A stretch of 64,000 nucleotides of DNA, from positions 55,163 through 119,162 of the forward strand of contig JAHLWZ010000812.1 of assembly GCA_020536535.1 (NCBI GenBank). The letters are read 5' to 3'. The notes under the pieces were generated by a model. It saw only the letters and a program-made list of their open reading frames with translations. It ran no database searches and had not been told where the DNA came from. The position numbers were made by a program, and so were the translations under genes. The stretch is from Pelomyxa schiedti. Lineage: Eukaryota; Protista; Evosea. Positions 42,918-55,900 of the stretch are shown piece by piece (the first letter of the stretch is position 1; each line of letters opens with the position of its first letter).

Positions 42918-44615
42918 TTATAGAAAGCCCTTTGGCTTCTTTTTGGTGTTGTCCTTGTGTTTGCTCATGCGTTGTTCAATTTCTCTTCGTCGCTCAAGTT
43001 CATCTTGGGCTTCAGTGGTACTGGTGTTTAGCTGAGTGGATGTGAGTCGAGCATTAATACAAGTGAGGACCACTTACTTTGGATGTCTCATCAGTATCTA
43101 ACTGAAGTTCAAGAGTGAAATGTGGTTCCGCATGTGTGTTGCTGCATTTTAGTTAGAGGTTCGTTCTTGTTTGGGGATTTGGACTTGCTTACAATGACTG
43201 TGAGGCACTAGTACAAAGGGGTCTTGCTCCAGGTGGGTCACCTTCTGCGGTTGGAAAAGACAGTGAGGTGGTGGGAAGTTGGTTAAATTGTGATGTGACT
43301 GTAGTGGCCTTGCTTTGCATATAAGCAGTGTAAAGTTCGCAAGTTGTTGCCGTTGGAGCCCACTCAAAAGATGCTTTCACCTGTAGGGGTCAATCTCTCC
43401 TGCCAAGAAGGTTGACAACACCTTGTTTATAATTTTTGGAGAGACGCTGGATGCAGTTCCTGAAGTCATTTCCTAGTTTAATATGAGTACAAAGTTGTCA
43501 TTCGCACGCACACCTGGAGTGCATTACATATGGCAAACAAAGGTTCGATAAGCTGCGTACATAGAAACCGCGACTCTTCAGATGATGGAGGGAGGTGTTG
43601 CATTTCCGTTTCCGCGTTTGCTGCCGTAGTTGTTTCAGATAGTTGCGGGCTGGAGGATTGCAATGCTAGTGTAGTCCTTCGATGTTTTTGATGGTGTTTG
43701 CACACATGATCTTGGTGATGATGTTGTGAGGTAGTAGTGGAAGCTGTTTTAACGGGGGGCGGTATGTCTTTCCCAAATCTGGAGCAGACAAACGGCCATT
43801 TGAAGTTATAGAAACCAATTTTCCTCTTCAGTGTCAGTACCAACTCACTGTCGTCTTGCTAGCCCAATTTCCAAACACCCATAATTGATTTGCAATAAGA
43901 AATGAAGAAGTCTTCTGGGTAGGGCGTGCGTGCATTTGATTGACAAAAAAGACAGGCAGAGAGACAGAGGAAAGAGAACACCAACCATTGAAAACGAAAC
44001 GTCAAAGTTGTCCTTCACAAGAGCCGGTGCCGTCGAGGGCGAAACGCCGCTCGCCACGGTCGAAGAGCCGAGGGTCGGCACCGCACACAGCTCGTCCTTC
44101 AGGATGCTCAAGACGTGGGACGGGGAGCACTGCAGCTGCGGATTGTGGGTCCTCCTAACAGCCTCCATGGAGTCCTTGTTCTGTACGCACCACCACACCC
44201 TCGCCATGTCGCTGACCACGAGAAACACCTCGACGTCCCCGCTCCCCCCCCGCTCCCCCCCTCCTCCTCCTCCTTCCCCCTCCGCCTGGCCCGCCTCTCC
44301 CTCGCCCTCGCCCTCGCCCTCCCCGCCGGCGCCCGGATCTCCCCCCTTGGCGGGGCCCCCGTCTCCTTGGGCTGCTCCGCCGGGGCCGCCGCCTACGATG
44401 CGGCACTTCACCAGGAACTTGCTCGCGCAGCCGCCGCGTTGGTCCGCGGGCCCGGACTTGGTGGGCACTAGCGTGCGCCACGGCACCTCGCCCACGACCG
44501 CCTCGGCCCTCTGCGTCGACGCCGCTGCAACTCCCCCTACCTCGCTCCTTGGCCTCTTGCGCTCTGTACTCCCTCCGCCGCTTTTCTCCTCATCTTCGGC
44601 GCCATTTCGGTGCAT
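42918..44615 (-). CDS. NHEJ1: XLF/Cernunnos-like NHEJ factor
   Basis: Head motifs VPWRTL, FLVKC, LVVSDMARVW, HNPQL, IGFYNFKWPFVC, FLCTQLIEPLFAICNALQ; C-terminal KKKPKGFL* matches the XLF Ku-binding motif. Confidence 0.87.
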
Positions 44616-44638
44616 TTTTTTTCTTGTTTTTTTTTTTT

Positions 44639-46570
44639 TCACGTTTTGTTGGCGCCGGTCTTGATGAGAGCTAAACGGAGGAGGCATTCTAGGTCGGACT
44701 CGAGAGTGGGAGTGATTGGGTGCTCGTCTTCTTGCTTGTTGTATGCGGAAAGGAACCCAGATACTAGGGTGTCTCTATGGTGCTGGGGTTAGGGCAAAGG
44801 GAATGTGGAATGGGGGGATTGGGCAAATAACCTGAGGCACCATTTGAGAACCAAGAAGGGACCATCTAGGGTAGCGTGGTGTGCGCAATCAGAGACTAGG
44901 GACAGCATCATACTGTACTTTTCTCTGCTTACAACTTCTTGGAAACCTGAGAAGATCGCTTAATAGTGAAAGCGGGGCTGTCATTCATACAGCCTCTCCA
45001 TGACTTCTCTGTGAATGCCATATCAAAGTCTAGTGGCGCCAGAAAATACTCCCCAGGTCCTCGCTGTTTAATAGTGAGTGTGAGGGTAGTGGAAAGAAAC
45101 AAAAAGCAATACTGCGCTTTTGAGAGACTTTGTAAACAGCCACAAGATTATTCGTATGTGCGTTACAGTGGAACCCAAGGTCGTCAGTATAGGTACCCCA
45201 ACTCAGTCCGTTATCATGAAGGGTTCTTAATATCGTCCCTACTTCCCTTCCAAGTCTATGCATTGTTGTTAGTTACCGCTATCTGTGTTTATCAACATGC
45301 CTCCAGTAAAGGGAAGTGAGCACGTGTGGCTTCCCATTTATTCTGTGTTCCCATGTTGCCTTCCACTGTGAAATCGTATCTATCTCTAGAGGAGAATGTA
45401 AATGCAAGGTACAGGGGAAATGAGTGCACACTTGCACTATCGGTTGGGAAGTTCACCACCAACGGAATTCCAAAAGTATTAGCCAACAAATGAAATTTTC
45501 GACTAATGACAGGCATAATTGATGGTCTGGGAAAATTTCCCAAAAGGCGTTCTGGCGGAAATAACTGTATCAAATCGGGCATGCCAAGGTTGCCTACCTT
45601 TTTTTTTGTATTTTGCGTCATTCTCTCAAACATATATATTGAAGGTTACCATCATAGGTAACATTTCTTCTATCCCAACGAGGATATGGTCTGAGAGTCT
45701 TCGTTCACCCTTGGTGATGAACAAGCCACAACATTTTTTTATTGATGGAATGGGGTGCTCGGTCGAACTATATTCAAACCATCCTTGGGTTTCAGAAATT
45801 AGAGTATTCCCTGACACTATGTACCTACCAATGGAGTCATTGGCCGAGACAAAGGGTGATCCGGATTTCAAAGCAGCGGCCCGTACTTCGCAAGTGATAA
45901 TCTGCTCACATAGACAAGTGTTCTCGAACATGCATCCTCTCACCTGCAAGCTCTCAGGTTTAGCAGTAGCGTCTCCAGAGGCGGATTCTGAGTTGAGTGG
46001 GAGTGGCTCCAAGTGGAATCCGCGGTAGCCATCGCCGCACCCCTTCATTCTCAACCACACAGGTCCATCGGTTGCGGTCTGGAACTTTACTATTGCTGAC
46101 CTACAGCCACTCTGCAGTCCCTGAACCAGTCCGTCTGTGCCGCCACCTACCTCGCTCCTTTTGATCAAGGGGCCCAGTGACACGAAGGAGAGCACTTCTG
46201 GCGGTACACACAAGGAAGTACAACAGCTCACGAAAGCACTTGTGGTCTGGGGAAATGGCGGCGCCGGGACAACTACTGCGAGTGTGTCAGCACGCTCTCG
46301 ATCGAGAAAAGTTGCTTGAACTCGTAAATTGCCCATATCCGCGTTGTTGACAAGCGCAACCGCGTCATTTAGCCTGTGAAACACGCCACAAGCACTACAA
46401 AGCAAAGTCCTCGCTGAGCCAAAGTAAACTTCCTCCATGTTTGGGACGCACACTTTTTTGCATCGATGGGGCAGAAAAGGTCCCCCTGGGGAAATTCAGA
46501 AAATTGTCTGGACCACATCCGGACAAGGCACATTCTACCGTTTCGTGGTTTTCCTGCCTCTGAGGAGCAT
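44639..46570 (-). CDS. Uncharacterised protein with kinase-like/SelO-like motifs; start codon tentative
   Basis: Spliced exons give GCRSAIV...WLRMKGCG...VRGCMF...CEQ, LGREVGTILRTLHDNGLSWG...HCNAHTNNL, LAPLDFDMAF, ending LLRLALIKTGANKT* (TGA at 44639-44641). Confidence 0.7.
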
Positions 46571-46644
46571 CACATGGCAAGATCCGAAGACCCAAAACAT
46601 AAGTGTGTGTCCCAATTTAAAAGACTCCAAAATGCCGAACAAAG

Positions 46645-48260
46645 TTAGAAGTAGACATTATGAAATCCAATGTTGGCAAGCTGTGGGGCACCTGCAGCTA
46701 ATTGGAAGATGCCCCCAGTCACCAGAGGTGAGGAGTGTGGGGATGGTGGGATGTTTGACAAACTTGACATGCCCAGAGCTGTACAGAGAAGACTGGTTGT
46801 CTGGATTTCATTTTGAATTTCAGGCAACTTGACAACAAAGCAACCAGCTTGCTGTTGGGTCAATTCCTTGTTTTGATTGGGCACAAGCTTGTTTAGAATT
46901 ACTCCTGAAGTCACAGTACAGAGTGTTGTCAGCTTCTCCTTCCAGAACTGGTGAACCCCCTTTCTGGAGACCTGTTCCTGCTCAGCCCACAGTTGTGTTG
47001 GTTGATTTGCAGGAATCACGACTGTGCCAAAGATTGGTGGTCCTCTAGAGGTTTCTCTCTGTGCAATAGCTTCTTCAATGGGGTCAATTACAGAATTTGA
47101 CCTCAGAGGTGCCTCTTTGTTGATTGGCCAAAGACCAGTCCTTGCCCAAGCCACTTTGATTAAGTCAGGAACAAAAGCATACTCTAATCCCCTAGTGCAA
47201 GCAAGGAGCATTTGTATTCTATGTAGGGCAGTGCCTTCATCTCTCTTAGGTTTGTAGAAAGCCCTAAGTTTTTGCTTTAATACTCCATTGGGGGCTAGAT
47301 CCAATGGTTGTAGAATGTGAGAGGTATTTGGTGGTAAAATGAGGAGGTGTATCTGTGCTTTATACAGCTCAGCTCTAACTGCCTCATAGTTTCTACTTTT
47401 GTGGCCATCAGCAATCAACACTGCAGGAGCCACCCAACCAAGTTGTTTTCTTCGTAGCTCCACTTGGGGAATGAAGATTTGTTTGACCCAATCCAGGAAA
47501 ATGATGTTAGTGATCCAACCTGAGCTATTCCCAGCCCAGGCATATTGATTCTGCAAAGATGCTGGGAGCCACGGTAAATTCTTCAGATCAAAGATAAACA
47601 ATGGTGGTAAATGGCCTCCAGCAGCATCAATTGTCATCAAACAGGTGATGTGTCTGTCAATTGGTGCTGCTGACACAATAGGTCACCATAAGCAATGACT
47701 TGGGCTTTGCAAACACCAGCAGAGACAAAGGTCTCATCTGTATTAAAAGTCATTTCAGGGAGAAAATGGTGCTCATTGTATAAGTTTTCCCAATTCTGTA
47801 TACATCCTGTGATTTCCTCTTTGAAAACCACCAGTGTGGGAGTGAGCTCAAAAGAGAGAAGTGATGGAAAAGAAACCTTCTCTTTTTCAATGATCCTGGG
47901 AGTTCTTTTGTGTAACATTGCATGTCGTTTTAAGTAGCTGCACCACCATGTTCTACTGAATTTTGGAAGCCGCTTGGCAAGATTGTGTTGTGGAGTTTGC
48001 TTCCAAAAATCTTGAAGAAGAGAAGAAGCCTCAGCCAGTGTGTAATATTTCTTTGTTGCAGAGGTGCTTTGAAAGACTTTGACTGAGTCTGTGTCTTCTT
48101 CTGTTGACAAGGATGGAGGACGACCTCTTTTTGTGCTGTTGACCTTGCCATCTGTATGACCTCTAAATGTACTGCGTGCAACACCAGTAACCTCTCGAAC
48201 AATTGACTCAGTCTTGATTAGAAGTAGAGGACTTCCGCTTTTAGTCACCGACCAAAACAA
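46645..48260 (-). mobile_element. pogo/Tc5 (CENP-B-like, DDE_1) DNA transposon transposase, frameshifted near 47680; element termini not identified
   Basis: HTH-psq GVARSTFRGH, linker RGRPPSLS, HTH FSRTWWCSYLKRH; catalytic motifs FNTDET, LIADGHKSR and LPPNTSHILQPLDL. The two ORFs are in different frames. Confidence 0.92.
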
Positions 48261-49071
48261 GAATGTTGATGTTTCAACGAAAAAAAGATGGTGGGATTAA
48301 AAACCCTGGTGGATTTTGGTGAGAGTGCTCTACACTTTATTGAGTTGTACAAGTTTTGTCATGTTGCGCATTCTATTGGGTGCACAGCACCCATGGGTGT
48401 TGGGTGTAGGAACAATCACACAAATTGTTTTTCTGTTGCCAACCACCCCAATACTTACTGTGCTGTTAGCTTCTGTGGGCTCGAGAATAAGTCCCACAGA
48501 GGAAGAAAACGAGTGAGAGTGAAGAGAATAAAGAGTGTTCTCTTGTTTGTTTGGTTGTTGTTGTTGTAAGGGGGTAAAAAGGGAGTGTGTAAAATCTCGC
48601 AGAGCGGTTGTGCGATTGGGTTAAAAGGCTGCGATGTTCAAATGGATTCTCGGACAAGTGTGCATGTGATCAAAACCGCCTGCCACGTTGTTGTTGCTGT
48701 ATTTGTGCGCCCAGCTGCGCTGTGCGCTGATCATTACCTTCGCTGTCTCATTCTGGTAATAGTCCAGATTCGGCTCAGTCCTCAGTCTCTCCAATCATCC
48801 CGCTAAAGTGCGCCAGGACTTCAGAGCCTTGTGAGCAAGGCCAAGTTCGTGTACTTTGTGGAAGTACACAGTGCAGTTACGTGTGTTAGTGTGGCAGTAT
48901 GTCCTGTGGGTGCCTTTGTGGGGGCTTGTTGCCTACATTGGCCAAAGCGAGGCAACAAACGGCTGAATAAAATAATCAACAGACCGGAACGCCGTCATTT
49001 TCGTTATCGTCGCTCTGTATCGGCGGTATGGTGTTTTTTTTATTCAGCCATTTATCTGTTGTCTTCTGTTA

Positions 49072-52000
49072 ATGAGAACGAGTGGAAGACAACGGAGCAG
49101 ACGGGCAGTACGTGGGCGAGGGCCAACAGTCATCAGCGCCGCTGCGCGTGCATCTGCAGTTGGCTCGGAGGCTAACACTGAAGTGCCCTCACCAAAGCAA
49201 GCTCCCGAGCTCATGACTGTGGGGCTGGCTGAGGCCTGCGGTCTCTTTCGAGAGTACCCTCTGGAGGTTTTCTCGCGTGCTTCACAGCTGATTACGGAGC
49301 CACAAGGCACCCTGGGGTTTGTGGTTACCATCTTTGGAGCACCAGGTTTTTTTATGTCTTGTCTGCTTTGAGTACAAGACAGAGAATCCACTGTGTTATA
49401 TTCTCTTCTGGCAGCTAACTGACACCTTCAGGATCTGGGAAAAGAACTGTACTTAACCTAATACATAAGAAAGCCAACAGGGAATTCTGCACTTTATCTG
49501 GTTCTCCAAATAGCAAGTTCGCCAAAATGGTCATGGTCATTGAAGGCTTGTTTTCTTTCAATAAAAACAAATGTAACCTCTGCTAAACAGAAGAGAATAT
49601 AACACAGTGGATTCTCTGTCTTTTAGGGAAAATAATACTGTCAAGGTATAGTACCTTTTTTTATTTACTTGTTTTATATACCTCAACCACTCCTGAATTT
49701 AAACCAGTACCCCAGCGACAGCAATGCTAAATATGGATCTCAATATTGCAGTAGCAAAGGCCGATATGGAGTGTAGCCTTACAGTGGGCACCCTAGAAAA
49801 CAGACTTCAGGGTGGACAAAAAGTTCCACTTACACTCTATTTTGAAGATTTTGACTTAATATTGGAGGTTTTTCCTCTCCACACCTGTATGCTTAGCTTA
49901 CACACTACCATAAAAAAAAACAAAAAGCAAACCCCAGGTAAAAGCCAACGTTTACTGAAAGCCCTACAGGAGGTGTTACTTCTATTAAACAACTTGGGTG
50001 TTTCAGTGGTATTCACAGGGAGTAACAAGCTACTCCTTCCGGAGATTGGAACTCATTGGAAAGTGTACAATGCATCACAGCTTGTATGCTCTACCTAAGT
50101 TAGCTTGCACTCATGTAAACTGAAGGTTTCTAATATCACATTTGCTGAAGCATATCATATTCTGCAGAAGAATGCCCCGAAAGTAGTATCTGGTAACAAA
50201 CAGGAAGTAGGGAAGGTACCATCTATATCAGCCCAAGGTCCACTCAGAAAACAAATTTTGTAAATTTCAGATCGCCAGCCTTATCAGAGGTCCAATTGTA
50301 ATTTGCTCTGAGTTTCTATCACAGTAAGTAAAGAAGGGGGTTAGAGAATGTTAAAATATGATGCAGATTAACCACTAGTAGCATATCACCTCGTAGTTGT
50401 CTAAGGAATACATTCAATCACATCTTAAAGATGTGTGTGCTTTTGCATATGCTCTTCAAGGAAAATTTTAATTTTTTTATTTTCCTCTTTCAGGTACCAG
50501 CACTACGAGTGCACTGAGAACCTAAGCAAGTCCTTTTTAAAGGAATTTACAATACTCTTATCACACCCAAGTAACATCAAATACCACAATAAGCATGGCT
50601 TGATATACAAAATAATAAGGCACATGAACCCTCAATGTAAGGAAACGGCACTTTGTTTGGTTCTGACCCTTAGTTCAGGTTTTGACACAATCTTTACCTA
50701 TGGTATGACACTTAACAAAACTGGGCTCATTGAGGTGGCCTTTGAGTGTGAAAACCAGGATATACTGATTGTGCCTGATCCTTGTCCTTGTGCACTCTCG
50801 GCTATGTGCCAGACTCTCATAAATAGCCCAGTGGTAGGGAGAGACAATTGGCTAACCTAACACTACTTACTAAGGTCCAGTCCATTCTGGATTCTTCCTG
50901 TGGACATAATACAGCCACATTTGCTGGAGAATTTAAAAGACAAATTGCTTTGGACCTGGCGAAGTTCTGGTCCCCAATTCAGTTTTACATTTTTGATCAA
51001 ACTGGCTACCACTGTGACTTGAGTTCATACCAATACCATCCTCTTTTATGTACTGATATTGAACTGGATAGACCTGCAATATGCTTCCGCTACATATGAA
51101 AAAGATAGGTTGTACACTCTTGACACACTGGTGAATAACCGTGTGGGAACTATCGAATGTGACACCCAGCATGAGAGTTTTGACTGGATCTACTATGGCA
51201 TTAGAGATGATTCGCACTCAGGAAAGCCCAATAATATAATGGGTCTGTCCCATTCCTCATAGTTACATATTGTGACTTCCATTCAACAGTTGTATGCCGA
51301 GTGACAAGCATTACTGAACAACACTTACTATGTGCCGCATGTTTGGACTTCTTCAGATCACAAAATAGAAAAAACACATCTGGTAAGCATATCTACACCA
51401 GAAGTCAAATTGACCAGTTTTAGGAATCTTTGCCTTCTTAAGTGAGCACCCATTTTCAACAAATGCTGATATTGATATTTTAATAAACAACAAACTGGAT
51501 GTAAGTCAAGACCTTTGTTTTGTCATTACTTAGTGCCTGATAGGCGGATGAAATGGCCAACCATCAAAAAAAATTCTTCAAAATCATATCTGGTCCTGAG
51601 GTATTCTCAAGCAGTAGAGAAGATGTGCTCTTTGCAATTGAAAAAGGTGCGGAGCATGGGTTATCTGAATTTCGTCACATAAACCAAAACAAAAACCATG
51701 TACAGAGGAAAAACCCATGTGTGATGCATCCACCCTAACACCTGATGCTACTGAAATTGATTCTTTCCGAGCCAACTTCCCAAACTTAGTTGAAGCCCTG
51801 GGGTGGGGCCCTGAGTCAATATTTCTGGCAACACATGAAGTGCTTTTCAAGTCTCACAGAGAGTTTTTGGCACTTGCCATGCCCATTTCAGAGGAGAACA
51901 GACCCATGGATATGTACATGAGCTTTGTTTGCCACTTGTCAGACTTTCAAGTAATTTTCCACTAGTTTTGAAGTTCAGTGCATTGATAACACACCAGATA

Positions 52001-52162
52001 CAACGCATTGCCCGAGAGATTAAGGGGCTTACAGAGGAAGACCAAGAAAGGCTGTATCATTTACCACATGACAACGTTCTGGTGCCAAAGCATCTTCGCC
52101 ATGTCTCAGAGCTTCAGTCTGCCAGACACTGGATTGAGTGGCTTACAAAGAACTGCTCCTAG
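49072..52162 (+). CDS. Multi-exon P-loop NTPase, possibly with a degenerate restriction-endonuclease-like domain (Crinkler/RHS-like architecture)
   Basis: Spliced Walker A IFGAP|GSGKRT, Walker B LTLYFEDFD, sensor-like VVFTGS; downstream AGEFKRQIALDL and HESFDWIYYG. Stop TAG at 52160-52162. Confidence 0.68.
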
Positions 52163-52969
52163 TTGAACCCTGCCTTTCTTAACTTGGGCAAAATTCGGAA
52201 GTAAAAGAAAGCAAGCTTGTTGCTAATCGTAAGTCAGGGTGACATCCATTATCCCACTCTTGTTAAGTGGGCATGCTAAGTAGGTTGCCTCCTTGAAGCC
52301 TATACTTGCGTGAGCAGCACAAATGTTGTTTGGAATGTAGAAACATTGTATTGTAGTCGTTTTTCATGTAGAAACTTTGTATTGCTTTTGTTGTGAAACT
52401 CCGATCCACCCAATTCTTCACCCATTATGAGACAGTAAGTCGTCAACAGAGTTTGTTGCTTGTAAGACCTTTCTGAGTTCTCAGTGTTCTTATTGTACCA
52501 TCTGGTGCAAAGTACCAAGAGCTCTCACTGCAGGGAATGTGACAAAAGAAAGTGTTCCGTAGGTCGAGATCGTTCTGCTGTCAACTGGAAGGATAGTTCG
52601 GTCCATGTGTATGACCACCAAGGTGAAACAACGTTGTTTGAGGTGGACTACTCCATATGACATCGCGTAGGTTCTACTGCCAACGCTTCTACGAGCACGC
52701 GAAACAACCACCAGAACTACAAAAAAGCGTAGATCTCGTGCCCATATCTGAGATGCCAACGGACGGCCAAAAACAACGGGGGTGTCCCCAACAGATACAC
52801 GGCCTTACGTCGTTTGAATTTCCGTAAAAAAATGATTTCACCGTAAAGATGGGAAAAAACAAAAAATCAGGCGAAATAAAATTAAAGACCCGGGCGTGTT
52901 GTCAAACAACACAACCTCAGTTGACAACTGACACCGAGAGATTGTATTTGTATTCTTTTTATTATATCA

Positions 52970-55900
52970 ATGTCTACGGCCGCACGTGTGTACCGCCTGC
53001 CATGTTGTGATGTTCTCGTTTCGCAGTGCCTCACTTATTATTGGATCTATTGCACCTTTCGTCCACTTATTCGTTTGGTCGTTTTACTCTGTGCGTGTAT
53101 TCTGCAACTAATTTCATTGGAACAGGGAAGGACAGATCGGCGTTCGAAAGGAGATTCCGGTGCCGCTCTTTCTCACCAGGAGCGATTTCCTATCAAGATA
53201 TCGTAAATGCTGGGAAAGCATCACAGGAAAGAGGCACTCCTTCACTTGCTGTCGAACTGCCCACCCCACCTTCTAGTTCTTCTAATTCCACAACTCATCA
53301 TTCCACAACCTCCAACTCCACAGCTGTCACCTCGGCAGCCGCCATCCCTTCTACGGGAACATCATCACTTTCCCAACCAAATTCATCATCCAACAGAGGA
53401 TTTGTTGTACCATCAGTTTCTTTCACTTCAAGCACTGACCAGAGTGCAGCAACCCACCATAAACGGCGGCTATCTCTATTCTCAGGATTGAGAAAGGGAC
53501 CCTCAAAAGCTCCCTCTGGGGCAGACTCAAACCTGTGGTTAGATGGAAACATTCCAGAAAAACCTATTCCCCCACCACTGCCTGTCTCAGCATCTCCAAA
53601 GAGGCACTCCATCCACCTTCTCACTCATGCCTACGACTCAGACCAGACAACTCTTAGACCTCTTTCTTCACCTAAAACGCGAAGCTCTCTCCGCCAGAGC
53701 TCGGATAAACAATCTCTCCCTCCCCCACCCAATCAACCTGCTCCGCAGCCGGGTACAGAGGAGTTAACACAGGAGGTATCGTCAATTGATTACACAACAA
53801 CTACCGCTACTACAACTACAACCTCTTCCTCGCAGCTCAATATTGCTACTACAATCTTGGACCCTTCTATTTCTACTGCACCCTCAATGAGCAGTCCTAC
53901 ACTGACTGCTAAGATTTTAAATCGTTCCGATGTAGATAAAAAATATAGTTCTATGGGTGCCGACTTTTTTGAAATTGAGCCAACGTGTTTTGGATCAAAG
54001 GATTTCTCAATAGAGGTATTCCTGACATCCAGTCCCTTTTAATATTGGGTGCAGAATGAATCCAGACCACCACTTCACAGAGCTGTATTTTTGTATTCCA
54101 CCCTTTTTTTCTTCATCTTAAAAATGACTGAAAATAAAAGAGGAGTTGATGCAGTACGCAGTGAACTCGAAAAATCTGCAAATATACACGCACGATATAT
54201 TGTAGACAATAGTACCGCACTACACGCCGCCGTCATCAACGGAGATGTTGCTGTCCTTCGACTTCTACTAGAAGCTGGTGCTTCTCAGGATGCTCAAGAT
54301 AAAAGTAACAACACACCACTACATTTGGGTACACACAACTCCAATGTTGAGGCTGTGAGAATTTTACTGGAAGACTGTCCCAAAGTATTTACCCACGGGA
54401 AGAAAAAGTTAACTTTTTCATCAGGCAGTTCTGAATACAAGAAATGTAGATGGCAACACCCCTCTACATGTTGCTGTTATGATGAGGAATAGCCAAATAA
54501 CAGGCATGCTCATGACATTAAGAGACAAACCTGACTCAAACGTGTATGGCATCTATACTTCTTCCATCCACAAAACTCATTTACCCCAGGTATAATGTGG
54601 CGGGCTACGTTCCGTTGCATCTAGCTGTTCTTAACAATGATCTCAAAACCGTCGAAATTCTTTTGAAAGCTGGAGCTGACCCAAATTCGAGTTAACTTTT
54701 ATCCTGGCTAACTCCGTAGTTTTTTAACCTTTTTCAGGAGGCCCCTTGCAGGAAACGGCCTTACATCAGGCAGTACTAGGGCACGTTGAGAAACCTGAAT
54801 TCGTTTCATTGCTGTTGCAGGTTTGATTTATACTGACTCTATGAGAGCAGTGATTTGTTCACCAGAATAAAGCCGACCCTGGGCTCTCTGATGGTGCGGG
54901 CAACATTCCTCTGTATTATGCCCTCGTTAAAAAGCGTGAGGTAGGGCCACCTTGATACCTCGTTCTACAACGTCAATTCCATTCTAATTCGTTCAACAAG
55001 GCCACAATTTCTACATTTGTGAAGGAAAACCCCACTGATATGTGCTATGTTTATGACTTCAAGCTCCAAATTTTGAGGGAGACTCACCCTGAAAGACTCC
55101 TTCCCAAGCATTTGTGCGCTGCTTCCTTTGTTTCAACTTTTCTTGGCTCTAACTTCAGCAGTGATGTTCCAATTAAACCCTCAAAAAATGCCATCAAATG
55201 GGAAAAGATGATGTCGGACTGGGAGAAAGCTAAAAAACCAAAGGTAAATCCATTTCTTTCTTGGTGAATATAATAAGCTTTCCAGGTTAGAAAGGCATGC
55301 CTGAAAGGTGTTCCAGCTTCAGTACGCCCTGTAGTGTGGTTATTATTATCACGCTCTTCAAGTCTACGAGCAAAGAACGCAAGCACATATTCTGTAGTTT
55401 ATTCTTTGTGTGACACCACTTACACTAACATTTATAAGTTACTCTTAAACGCCAGTCCACCAACTCCGGTTCTTACACAAATTGATGCTGACGTTAAACG
55501 TGCAGTACTGCTACAACATTTTCATGACGTAGATCATGAAGCTTTACAGTTATCCCTTTTCAAATTGCTTCGAGTTTATGCAGTTCACGATCCCAGCCTT
55601 GGGTACAGACAGGTGAGCTCCTATCAACAACAATCAAAGACCTAACTCAAATGCAGGGAATGGCGGAAATTGCTGCCTTTTTATTACTGCACTTGGATGA
55701 AGAGGTTCTTTCTCAACGCCATTCGCCAGACAGCCCTAACTCTGGAAGTAGAATTCATTTTGGACTTTTGTGCAACTGATGTCCGATGAAAACTATTCAT
55801 TACGGAACGTATTTCTTGAAGGGAACACAGCACTTCAGAAATTTTTTGCCACTCAGGTTTGGATTGCTGATGCTGTTGAGGTAACCAAATTTTGCAGAAA

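Noticed and set aside
46590-52900. Terminal inverted repeats for the pogo element (e.g. TA-AGTGTGTGTCCC near 46600)
   Set aside because: No matching inverted copy was found by eye; einverted or a multi-copy alignment is needed.
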